This document shows positions 1 through 8,525 of a stretch of 64,000 bases of DNA, piece by piece. How positions within the stretch are numbered: position 1 is the first letter of the stretch; each line of letters opens with the position of its first letter. The DNA lies in assembly GCA_963729625.1 (NCBI GenBank), contig CAVSOU010000007.1, positions 160,001-224,000 on the forward strand. The letters run 5' to 3'. The notes beneath the pieces are model-generated. The model had not been told where the DNA came from. It made no database searches and saw only the letters and a program-made list of their open reading frames with translations. Made by a program: the position numbers and the translations under genes. Origin of the DNA: an uncultured bacterium. GTDB taxonomy: Bacteria; Chloroflexota; UBA5177; JANWHV01.

Positions 1-367
1 AGCTCGAGGGTACGGGCGACGATGTACTCATTCACGGGTGGAACCTCCCTAAGTTGAGTGAGCTTGTTAGGCGATTCCAGTTACCGCCCAACTACCGACA
101 CGAGTGTATATCACGCAGAGTGGCGGCCACAACGGCTTTACTGGCACCTTTTCGGTGTCCATATAGCTACTTTTCGCACGGGGTCGCGGGTAAAGTAGGA
201 CGACAGTGGCATTGCGGAGGCCGCGCGCTCGTGTTAGCCTCAGGTCAAGCCACACGCACGATGTTATGTCCTGCGCGACAAGAGAGCGCTCTGAGAGCAG
301 CGACTTCGCCGGCCCGCATACTCGTGGCTCGTTGCGGCACCGTGAGCCAGGCTCCGGACGGAGAATC

Positions 368-2233
368 ATGACCCAAAGCATGGCGACGGGCAGTACACTC
401 GAGCGGAACGGACCCGGCGCTCCGACGGCGGTTTTGCCCCGACATCGCCATCGTTGGGCCAGTGAGCCGCGAACCCAACGACACACCTGGCATCGATTCC
501 GCAGGCCGCTGATCCTCGAGCGCCTCGATGTTCTCTTGTATTCTCATTCGCGTATCGAGGCGAGAATTGTTGGCCTTCAATGGATGGCGATGCTCCTGGT
601 CGGGATAGGGGCGACTCTTCCGAGTCCGCTTGGTCCTGGGATCAGGCCGCTCACCGTGGCCCTGGTGGAGGCCGCGCTAGTACTCAATCCGATCGCCTAT
701 ATCGTCGTCGCCTGCGCCGGGTACCCTTGGCTGCGCCGCGACGCACCGGCGCGCATGGCCGTGCTCACGGCCATTGACGTCACCACTGCCGTGAGCGTCC
801 TGGGCTTGACGGTGAACACGCCCGGCTACACTCAGGCACTGCCGTTTTGTGTCGTGCTGCTGGCCGCGACGCGGTACAGCCGTGTCCAGGCGCTTGGGAT
901 CACGTCGCTGCTGTCCGTTCTTCAGTTCTTCTCCTTCCTTGCCGCGAGCCGCGACGGCATACAGGTGACAAGCTTGAGCAGCGTAGTCGTGGCGATGTTC
1001 GCGCTCACGTACGGCGTCAACTTCCTGAGCGAGGCCGAGCGGAAGGAGGCCGCGATCGCACTCGAGAACGCCAAGCTCTACAGAGCTGTGCTTCAACGCA
1101 ATCGCGAGCTCGCGACGATCAACTCGCTCAGTCAGACCGCCACGCAAGATTCGGACCCTGGCCGGCTGCTGGAAAGTGGCCTCGAGTTGATTCTCGCGTC
1201 TCTACCGGCGACATGGGGACAGGCGTACCGTTACGATCACGTACTTGGCGACCTCGAGCTCCTGTTCATGCAGTGCGCCGATGTGCATGGCGGAAACGTG
1301 TCCGACGCCGACCTCAGACGGGAAGCCATGCGCGCAGCGCAGACTCGTTCCATCGTCATCGTAAGCAGCATGTCGCCGGACGGTGAGCCGGCAAATCGCA
1401 TCAGTGCTCCCGTGGTCGTGCAAGGCGACACGGCCGGCGTATTCCAGGCCCTGGTCCCATTCGTGGAGAGCGAGGCAGGTGGGAGCCCACCCGCGCAGAG
1501 TGTGGCCGTGGTCTGCCAGGAACTTGGCACATGGATAGAGCGAGCCGTGCTTCGTGACGCCGCGCAGCGCAGCCTGGTACTGGAAGAGAAGGGCCGTATC
1601 GCTCGTGAGCTGCACGATACCGTGCTCCAGATCCTGTTCAGCATCGGGCTTGGCGTCGAATGGTGCATGCTCCGAGCCGACAACGACTTTCAGCTAACCA
1701 GCCGCCTGCAAGATATGCACAAGTTGACCGCGACGGCAAGCAGTGACCTGCGAAGCGCGATCTTCACACTGTCTTCAGATATTGCCGAGGTTGGCCTGAT
1801 GCCGGCCCTGGAGAGACTTGCATACGACTTCACCAAGCAACAGAACCTCCCGGTGTCCCTGAGCTCTTCGGGCGAGCATCCTGAGGTACCCCTGCTCAGC
1901 CAAAACGCGATACATCGGGTGGTGCGCGAATCTCTGATGAACGCCTACAAGCATGCTCAGGCGACGCACGTCTCAGTCCGCGTGATCTTCGACCCTGGGT
2001 TCGTAACCGTCGTGATTCAGGACGACGGCGTGGGCTTGCCTCGCGAGCTCATTGAGCGCTACGCGCTGGATCCCACGCACTTCGGACTGAGAACGATTGC
2101 AAAGCAGGTAGAGCAATTACATGGGTCGTTTGAAATCATGAATGGTGACGAGTCAGGTGCCATCGTCCGCGCCGTCGTGCCCATTCAGCGTGCGTCGGAG
2201 GAAACCGCATATGCCAGTACAGACGCGTATTAG
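368..2233 (+). CDS. Membrane sensor histidine kinase, NarX/HisKA_3 type (TM domain + GAF + HisKA_3 + HATPase)
   Basis: About 6 hydrophobic helices, H-box 'EKGRIARELHD', N-box 'ESLMNAYKHA', G-box 'IQDDGVG' and 'HFGL'. ATG 368 follows GGAGA; the ORF is open from 206. Confidence 0.9.
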   Translation: MTQSMATGSTLERNGPGAPTAVLPRHRHRWASEPRTQRHTWHRFRRPLILERLDVLLYSHSRIEARIVGLQWMAMLLVGIGATLPSPLGPGIRPLTVALVEAALVLNPIAYIVVACAGYPWLRRDAPARMAVLTAIDVTTAVSVLGLTVNTPGYTQALPFCVVLLAATRYSRVQALGITSLLSVLQFFSFLAASRDGIQVTSLSSVVVAMFALTYGVNFLSEAERKEAAIALENAKLYRAVLQRNRELATINSLSQTATQDSDPGRLLESGLELILASLPATWGQAYRYDHVLGDLELLFMQCADVHGGNVSDADLRREAMRAAQTRSIVIVSSMSPDGEPANRISAPVVVQGDTAGVFQALVPFVESEAGGSPPAQSVAVVCQELGTWIERAVLRDAAQRSLVLEEKGRIARELHDTVLQILFSIGLGVEWCMLRADNDFQLTSRLQDMHKLTATASSDLRSAIFTLSSDIAEVGLMPALERLAYDFTKQQNLPVSLSSSGEHPEVPLLSQNAIHRVVRESLMNAYKHAQATHVSVRVIFDPGFVTVVIQDDGVGLPRELIERYALDPTHFGLRTIAKQVEQLHGSFEIMNGDESGAIVRAVVPIQRASEETAYASTDAY

Positions 2234-2852
2234 GCTGCTTATCGTGGACGATCATGACATCGTCCGCGAGGGCCTGACGTCGATATTGAGTGAAGAGCCT
2301 GACTTCGAGGTTGTTGGCGATGCTGCAGACGGGCATGCAGCCCTCAACGCTGTAGACCGCCTGAAACCCGCCGTTGTCTTGCTGGACATGCGCATGCCGG
2401 GCTTCGACGGCATCGAAGTCTGCCGCGAGCTCAGCGCGCGGCACCCCGAGGTTCGGGTGATCATTCTCACCGCGTTCCTCGACAGCGACACAATTAACCG
2501 CTGCATCCAGGCCGGTGCAAGAGGGTACGTGCTCAAGGATGTCGAGCGAACAGACCTGAAACGCTCGATTCGTGATGTTGCTCGTGGCGACGCGTTCCTC
2601 GATCGTAAAGTTCATGCCGTCGTCGTCGAACGTCTCAAGCGCGAAAGCGACCGCAATAGGCCTGTCCTAACCGATCGAGAAATCAGTATCCTGAAGCTGA
2701 TGGCAGAAGGCTTCACGAATCGGCATATCGCCACGAAGCTCTACGTGAGCGAAGGCACCATCAAGGATCAGCTGCAGAAGATCATGGATAAGCTTGGCGC
2801 CTCGAACCGAGTGTCGGCGCTCTACGTGGCCGCCAAAGAGGGTCTCATCTGA
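2211..2852 (+). CDS. NarL/LuxR-family response regulator
   Basis: REC motifs 'IVDDHDIVREG', 'LLDMRMPG', 'GYVLKD' and LuxR HTH 'LTDREISILKLMAEGFTNRHIA'. GGAGG precedes ATG 2211, which overlaps the kinase end. Confidence 0.95.
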   Translation: MPVQTRIRLLIVDDHDIVREGLTSILSEEPDFEVVGDAADGHAALNAVDRLKPAVVLLDMRMPGFDGIEVCRELSARHPEVRVIILTAFLDSDTINRCIQAGARGYVLKDVERTDLKRSIRDVARGDAFLDRKVHAVVVERLKRESDRNRPVLTDREISILKLMAEGFTNRHIATKLYVSEGTIKDQLQKIMDKLGASNRVSALYVAAKEGLI

Positions 2853-2886
2853 CGCCACCGCCAGGCCGCCGTATCTATGAGGAACA

Positions 2887-4776
2887 ATGACTGACACGAC
2901 CACGTCGCGCCATGGCGGCTGGGCTTCCATTCTCGATGATATCGATGCCGCGGAGGGTGATGCGCGCGCGCTCGACGAGATTGGCTTTCGCCTTGCGGCC
3001 AGTCTGCATGAGCTCCCTGCAGTGCTCGCATCGTTACCTGCCAGTGAGCACCTGCAGCATCAAAGCGCATCACTTGCCCGCGGTTACCTGCGCGGGATGG
3101 CGAGTCACAACACCGCGGACAACACGAGCGTTCGAGTGGAGCTCGAGCGGCGGCGCGCTGAACTGGGAGCTCTGCAGCGCGTAAACGCGGTTGCCACAGG
3201 CAGCCTCGACGAGAACACGGTGCTGAACAATGTCGTCGCTGCCGTGGCTGATGTGATGGGCGTGGATGTGTGTTCGATATACCTCCGACAGGGACAGAAT
3301 CAATTGGTATTGCGGGCGACGTACGGCCTGAGCCAAGACGCTGTCGGTCACGCCAGGCTGCACCTCGGAGAAGGCCTTACGGGGCTGGCGGCAGAGCAGG
3401 GACGGCCAGTTTCGGTGCCGGACATCTGGGCGGACAGTCGCGCCAAGTACCTGCCCGAGACCAAGGAAGATGAGTATCACTCAATTCTGTCGGTCCCGAT
3501 TAAGTCGGCGTCCGCCGAGCACGTTCAAGGTGTCCTGAATGTCCAGACGAGGGAAGTCCGCGAGTTCACGAACGACGACATCGGTTTTCTCGAGATGATT
3601 GCCGGGCAGCTTGGCCTTTCGATCGAAAACGCGCGGTCGTACGGCCAGACCGATGCGCAACTGCGTCAGAAGGTGAACGCGTTGACCACGCTGCACCAGG
3701 TTGTGCTCGCGGTGTCCAGCAGTCTCGATCTCCGTCGCGTGCTCAACACTATTGCCAGGCAGGCCCTGACACTGTGCCAGGGAGATAGCAGCGCTATCCT
3801 GGCGCGCAAGGGCCAGCAACTTCGTGTGGAGGCATTCTGTGGAGACGGCGATCTCGAGCACACGGAGTTCGTCCGGGAGGTCGCTCTCGCCGCAATACAG
3901 CAGGGCGCTCACCAGATCCAACTCTCTCCACCCGGCGAAGACAATATGCAGCGCGCCCTCTTATGTGTGCCGCTTCGAGGGCACGGCTCGACGTACGGTG
4001 CGCTCGCGGTCTTCGGAAAGGCCGAACAGGGATTCGACGGCGAGACGAGCGATTTGCTTACTGACTTTGCCAGCGAAGCCGCGATGGCCATCGAGAATGC
4101 ACAGCTGCACCAGGCGACACAGCAGAGCCTCGAGGCCAAGTCGGTGCTCTTGTCCGAGCTGCATCATAGAGTCAAGAACAACTTACAGACTGTCGGCTCC
4201 CTGCTCTCACTTGCCCTCCGCCACACAAAGTCAGAGGAAGCTGCGGAGACCCTGCGCGACAGCTATAATCGCGTTCAGAGCATTGCTGCGGCACACGATC
4301 TGCTGTCCAGACAGACAATTGGCGTGACCACGATTGGCGAGGTTGCCAATAAGGTCATCGGCCTGCTGGAACCCACCGTCCAGGCCCGCGGAGCGATCAA
4401 GTTCATTGTCGAGGGCGATCTCATCGAAGTGGAAACGCGCGAAGCCACAACCCTGGCCATTCTGCTGAACGAGCTTCTCACGAATGCGATGCGACATGGG
4501 TTGCGCGGCCGGGAACGCGGCGCCATCCGCGTGCTCTTCGGGCGCCAGGGTTCGGAAGCCTGGGTCTCGGTCGCCGACGACGGCAACGGCCTGCCGCCCG
4601 ATTTCACTCTGAACAAGAACAGGGGACTCGGCCTCTCGATCGTGCGCACGCTGGTCGAAGCGGATCTGCACGGCCAGGTGAGTTGGGCAAGCGATCAAGG
4701 CGGCGCGCGCTTTACTCTGCTGTTCGCTCCGACCGGAGGCGCCGGAGCGCGCGCGTCCTCTGCTGCGCGCGCGTGA
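2887..4776 (+). CDS. Cytoplasmic double-GAF histidine kinase, HisKA_2 (PdtaS/EutW-like)
   Basis: 'ELHHRVKNNLQTVGSLL' H-box, 'NELLTNAMRHG', 'VADDGNG', 'GLGLSIV'. Two GAF domains and no TM segment. Confidence 0.9.
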   Translation: MTDTTTSRHGGWASILDDIDAAEGDARALDEIGFRLAASLHELPAVLASLPASEHLQHQSASLARGYLRGMASHNTADNTSVRVELERRRAELGALQRVNAVATGSLDENTVLNNVVAAVADVMGVDVCSIYLRQGQNQLVLRATYGLSQDAVGHARLHLGEGLTGLAAEQGRPVSVPDIWADSRAKYLPETKEDEYHSILSVPIKSASAEHVQGVLNVQTREVREFTNDDIGFLEMIAGQLGLSIENARSYGQTDAQLRQKVNALTTLHQVVLAVSSSLDLRRVLNTIARQALTLCQGDSSAILARKGQQLRVEAFCGDGDLEHTEFVREVALAAIQQGAHQIQLSPPGEDNMQRALLCVPLRGHGSTYGALAVFGKAEQGFDGETSDLLTDFASEAAMAIENAQLHQATQQSLEAKSVLLSELHHRVKNNLQTVGSLLSLALRHTKSEEAAETLRDSYNRVQSIAAAHDLLSRQTIGVTTIGEVANKVIGLLEPTVQARGAIKFIVEGDLIEVETREATTLAILLNELLTNAMRHGLRGRERGAIRVLFGRQGSEAWVSVADDGNGLPPDFTLNKNRGLGLSIVRTLVEADLHGQVSWASDQGGARFTLLFAPTGGAGARASSAARA

Positions 4777-4810
4777 GCAGCGCCAAATCACGTGTTGGGT
4801 TGCTGCTTCC

Positions 4811-5647
4811 ATGAGGACCCCAGGTGCCGCCAGTGCAGGCAATCGACTGAGACTCGATCAACTCCTGGTCGAGAAGGGCCTCGCAGGCGGGCGTGGCGAG
4901 GCGCGACGGCTGATCGAAGACGGGCACGTTACCGTGGCCGGAAGTGTGGCCTCCCGACCGGGATCGGCTGTCGGCCAGGACGCAGATATCATCGTCGCGC
5001 GACCTGAAACCCGCTTCGCCAGCCGCGGGGGCCTCAAGCTCGACGCGGCGCTCGCGCGTTTCCCGCTTATAGTCGCTGGCACTGTTGCACTTGACACCGG
5101 TGCGTCGACCGGTGGCTTTACCGATGTCTTGCTTCGCCGTGGAGCAGCGCGCGTCTACGCGGTTGACGTGGGCTACGGCCAGCTCGCATGGACACTGCGC
5201 ACCGATTCGCGTGTCGTCGTGATCGAGCGGACGAACATACGCTACCTGACCGAGTTGCCCGAGCGACCTGGCATCGCTACAATCGACGTATCGTTCATCT
5301 CCCTTGACCTGGTTCTTCCGGCGGTACGCAGGCTGCTCCTGAGCGACGGCCAGGCCGTTTGCCTGATCAAGCCTCAATTCGAAGTAGGCAGGCGCCTCGT
5401 GGGCAAGGGTGGCGTCGTTAGGAGCGCCGAGGCTCGGATGGCGGCGGTCGGCCGCGTATTGGCCAACGCGCAATCAGACGGCTGGATTCTTGGCGGACTG
5501 ATGGAGTCCCCAATTCTCGGCCCTGCTGGCAACCGCGAGTTCCTCGCGTGGCTGCATCGCGACCCGTCGCTCGGCAGCGTCGACCTCGATTGTGAAGTTC
5601 AGAGGGTAGTGCGTGACGCAGAGGTCGCCGGCGATAACCAGATCTGA
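4811..5647 (+). CDS. tlyA: TlyA-family rRNA (cytidine-2'-O)-methyltransferase
   Basis: S4 'RLDQLLVEKGL', 'SRGGLKL', 'DTGASTGGFTD', 'DVSFISL', 'LIKPQFE', 'GPAGNREF'. Confidence 0.95.
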   Translation: MRTPGAASAGNRLRLDQLLVEKGLAGGRGEARRLIEDGHVTVAGSVASRPGSAVGQDADIIVARPETRFASRGGLKLDAALARFPLIVAGTVALDTGASTGGFTDVLLRRGAARVYAVDVGYGQLAWTLRTDSRVVVIERTNIRYLTELPERPGIATIDVSFISLDLVLPAVRRLLLSDGQAVCLIKPQFEVGRRLVGKGGVVRSAEARMAAVGRVLANAQSDGWILGGLMESPILGPAGNREFLAWLHRDPSLGSVDLDCEVQRVVRDAEVAGDNQI

Positions 5648-6491
5648 GTTGCAGCCGTGGGTGCAGCGCGCTGCTATCTTGCTGCATCCTCGGGTGCCTG
5701 CTGCCCAGGATCTGCTCGACGGAGTCCTGGATGTGCTGCACGAACATGGCGTGGAGACCGTAACCGGATCGGTCTGGGGCTCGGCGGACGTCCAGGTAAT
5801 CTTGGGCAATGTTGACGTTTGTTTCGTGCTCGGCGGCGACGGAAGCTTGCTTCGCGCCGCGAGGTTGGCAGCACCCTGCGGCACTCCGTTGGTGGGGATC
5901 AATCTGGGGAAGCTTGGCTTTCTGGCAGAGATCAATCCGCGCGAGGTCCGCGAGAGGGTCGCGCTCGTGGCCAGCGGGCAGTACTGGATTGAAGAGCGTA
6001 TCATGCTGGTCGCATCTGTCGAGCGAGAGGGCCAGAAGGACTGTTCGTTCGACTGCCTGAATGAGGTTGTCGTTGCGCGCCGGCACTTATCCAGGGTTGT
6101 GAAAGTTGAGGCACACATCGACGGCCACTACCTCACGACGTACACTGCCGATGGAGTGCTCGTCGCCACGCCCACGGGATCGTCCGCCTACTCTCTGGCA
6201 GCCGGCGGCCCAATTCTCCATCCCGAGGTGCACAACCTGGTACTCACACCTATCAGCGCGCACCTTTCTCTCCGCAGTCCGCTCGTGCTTCCCGACACAA
6301 CTGACGTACGCCTCATCGTGCACACCGACCACGAGGCCAGTGCCAGCTTCGACGGCCAGAGCGACATCGAGATGCGCTCGAATGACGCCATCTCGGTCCG
6401 AGTCGGGCCGCATGTCGCCCGGTTCGCACGGACGCACGAGCGCGCATACTTCTACCACACATTGGTGGAAAAGCTCGGCATCGTCTATTAG
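5613..6491 (+). CDS. nadK: NAD(+) kinase
   Basis: 'LGGDGSLL', 'GINLGKLGFL', 'LNE', 'ADGVLVATPTGSSAYSLAAGGP'. Follows tlyA as usual. Confidence 0.95.
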   Translation: MTQRSPAITRSELQPWVQRAAILLHPRVPAAQDLLDGVLDVLHEHGVETVTGSVWGSADVQVILGNVDVCFVLGGDGSLLRAARLAAPCGTPLVGINLGKLGFLAEINPREVRERVALVASGQYWIEERIMLVASVEREGQKDCSFDCLNEVVVARRHLSRVVKVEAHIDGHYLTTYTADGVLVATPTGSSAYSLAAGGPILHPEVHNLVLTPISAHLSLRSPLVLPDTTDVRLIVHTDHEASASFDGQSDIEMRSNDAISVRVGPHVARFARTHERAYFYHTLVEKLGIVY

Positions 6492-6631
6492 CTCACAGCC
6501 GCGGGAGCCCGTCGTGGGGATCCACGCCATACATGAATGCGCCGCGGTTCGAGCTACCTGAGCACGGCGCCGAACATGGCAGCTTGGCCAGGCATGAGCA
6601 TATGACTCCGGCATGCGCGCACCACCTCGCG

Positions 6632-6973
6632 CTACCGGCGGCGGCGGCGAGGATCGAGTGCAACACGCAACGCCTGGCGACTCCCCTGCGTTCCCGGCCA
6701 TCGTATCGCGGGCTCGGGAAGCGACTCCGGATGCGAGAAGTAGCGTCGAACACAGATCGCCAGGTGCTTCAGCAGCATGCGGTCTTCGGGTGACAGAACG
6801 TCGCCAAGGCGCTGAAACCAGGCATCCGAAAGCTCGACGATCAGCACCTCGTCATTGCCCCTGCGCACCACCACGAGACGCAGCTTGCCGTCGATCGCCC
6901 CTTCTTCGTCCGCGACGCTGAACCCGCGGCCCAGAAGGCTACGCACGTACCCTGCGAGCTCGAGCCGGTTCAT
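6632..6973 (-). CDS. Hypothetical protein (113 aa)
   Basis: Protein-like composition. A sigma70-like TTGAAC...TATAGT lies upstream on the minus strand (about 7100-7130). No family recognised. Confidence 0.5.
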   Translation of the reverse strand: MNRLELAGYVRSLLGRGFSVADEEGAIDGKLRLVVVRRGNDEVLIVELSDAWFQRLGDVLSPEDRMLLKHLAICVRRYFSHPESLPEPAIRWPGTQGSRQALRVALDPRRRRR

Positions 6974-7514
6974 GCGGACGAGTTCACGGTCGTATACGTC
7001 GGCGGCGCGTCATCTCTCACCATCACTGCCCAAGAACTGCAGGGCATACGTGCGGCGCCGTGGTGTAGCTCCCCAGCGCCCGTAGCCAGCCTGCCATCAA
7101 CTATACACTGGCTGCCGTCGCTTCGTTCAATCGCCGGCCTCGCTGGGGGCGCGCCAGGAAGATGTGACGGCCGTCGAAACTCTGGCGGCCTTCGGGCCGC
7201 CTTCGCCTGGCTGCGTATCCACGGCGACCCACGCCGACGCAGTCTCGCTCCCGCACTGCCCGGCGGGTCGTCTCGAAGGCGGCGGCTCGTCTGGTTGGGC
7301 GATGGTACTCTGGCAGTCTGCAGCCTGAAGGCGCGACCCTCGACGACCCGCAAGGGTACGCGGGCCAACAGGCCATGGTCTCGCCGCTGCGGAGTGCTAC
7401 CGCCAGGGTCGATCCGCCCTCCGCCCGCGGATCGGCGCCCGATGGAGAGTCGGGGGCAGGCGCGGTGGGGCATCCGCTTGGCGGATCCGAACCTGCGCCC
7501 GTATGCTATGGTGC

Positions 7515-8132
7515 ATGGAAGCAAACGATCGTTTTTCGGTAACGCCACTCGGTGAGCTCCCGCTGCCGGGTGAACGGCGAGCCCAGATCGTTCGAGCGGC
7601 GACCGATATCTTTTGGGAAAAGGGGTATCACGGAGCGTCGATGCGGGACATCGGCGATCGCGTCGGCTTGCTCAAGGGAAGCCTCTACGCGCATGTCTCA
7701 AACAAGGAGGAGATTCTGCTTGAGATCGTGAGCACGACATTCCGGCGCCTGATGGACGCGCTCTCGCCGCTGCTGCTGGACACGACCACGGCCGAGGAAC
7801 GCCTTCGACAGGCGATTGCTGCTCACGCCGCGATCGTGCTTGGCGATCCAGCCGCCGCGTCCATGTTCTTCCACGAGAGCCGTCACCTCGAAGGAGAGCC
7901 CGGTGCCTGGATCCGAGACGCCCAACGCCGATACCAGACCGTCTGGGAAAAGCTTCTGCAGGCCGGCGTCGATTCAGGTGAATTCCGCGCAGATCTCGAC
8001 GTGCCGGTCGCGGCGCACGTGGCACTATCGATTGGCGACTGGGCTGAACGAGGGCCGTGCGGAATCGGCCCCGAGCTACGGAGTTTGACTGAGCGTTTTT
8101 GTGCCGTGCTGCTCGAGGGATGTCTCGCTTAG
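7515..8132 (+). CDS. TetR/AcrR-family transcriptional regulator (KstR2-like)
   Basis: 'AATDIFWEKGYHGASMRDIGDRVGLLKGSLYAHVSNKEEIL' HTH and C-terminal 'GVDSGEFR'. A -10-like TATGCT ends 7 nt before ATG 7515. Confidence 0.92.
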   Translation: MEANDRFSVTPLGELPLPGERRAQIVRAATDIFWEKGYHGASMRDIGDRVGLLKGSLYAHVSNKEEILLEIVSTTFRRLMDALSPLLLDTTTAEERLRQAIAAHAAIVLGDPAAASMFFHESRHLEGEPGAWIRDAQRRYQTVWEKLLQAGVDSGEFRADLDVPVAAHVALSIGDWAERGPCGIGPELRSLTERFCAVLLEGCLA

Positions 8133-8171
8133 GATTCCCGCTCCTGCGGGCGCGCGATGATCTTCATCTTC

Positions 8172-8525
8172 TCAGAATCCGTCGAGCTTATCCATCTCTT
8201 CCCAGGCTAATCGAAGCATGGTCGCCAGAACCTCATCTCCGGGGTAGGGTCCAATTGAGCGCAGATCGGCCATCGCCGCCCCGGCCCTCGTGTCCCCCTG
8301 CAGCACTGGAGGCTCCATCGAGATACATGCAGGTCTGGCGCTGTCGGGGCAGCACCACACGAGCAGGGCGGGCGGGATTGTCACGATGCCGCGTTCCTCG
8401 CCGTCGGCGCCAAGGAAGCAAGCCGCATCTCCCACGCGGGCCGTCGCAGGCACGCCGTCCACAAAGACCAACTCGCCGTCCGGGCGCCGAACGCCCGCCG
8501 TTCCCACCGTGTCTCCATCAAGCAT
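8172..8525 (-). CDS. Short protein resembling the N-terminal domain of RicT/YaaT (PSP1 family)
   Basis: Overlaps the holB stop at the position usually held by ricT. 'AGVRRPDGELVFVD...ARVGDAACFLGADGEERGIV' parallels 'VGVRF..AGKIYYF...GD.VIVET.RG.E.G.V'. The Cys-rich C-terminus is absent. Confidence 0.55.
   Translation of the reverse strand: MLDGDTVGTAGVRRPDGELVFVDGVPATARVGDAACFLGADGEERGIVTIPPALLVWCCPDSARPACISMEPPVLQGDTRAGAAMADLRSIGPYPGDEVLATMLRLAWEEMDKLDGF

Noticed and set aside
7159-7182. Hammerhead-like AAGATGT-GACGGCCGTC-GAAAC
   Set aside because: The essential CUGAnGA core is not present and no stem I/III partners were found.
7141-7500. tmRNA, RNase P or SRP RNA identity for the structured region
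   Set aside because: It lacks the tRNA-like 3' end, GAGGAAAGUCC and the SRP GGAA-loop motifs on either strand.
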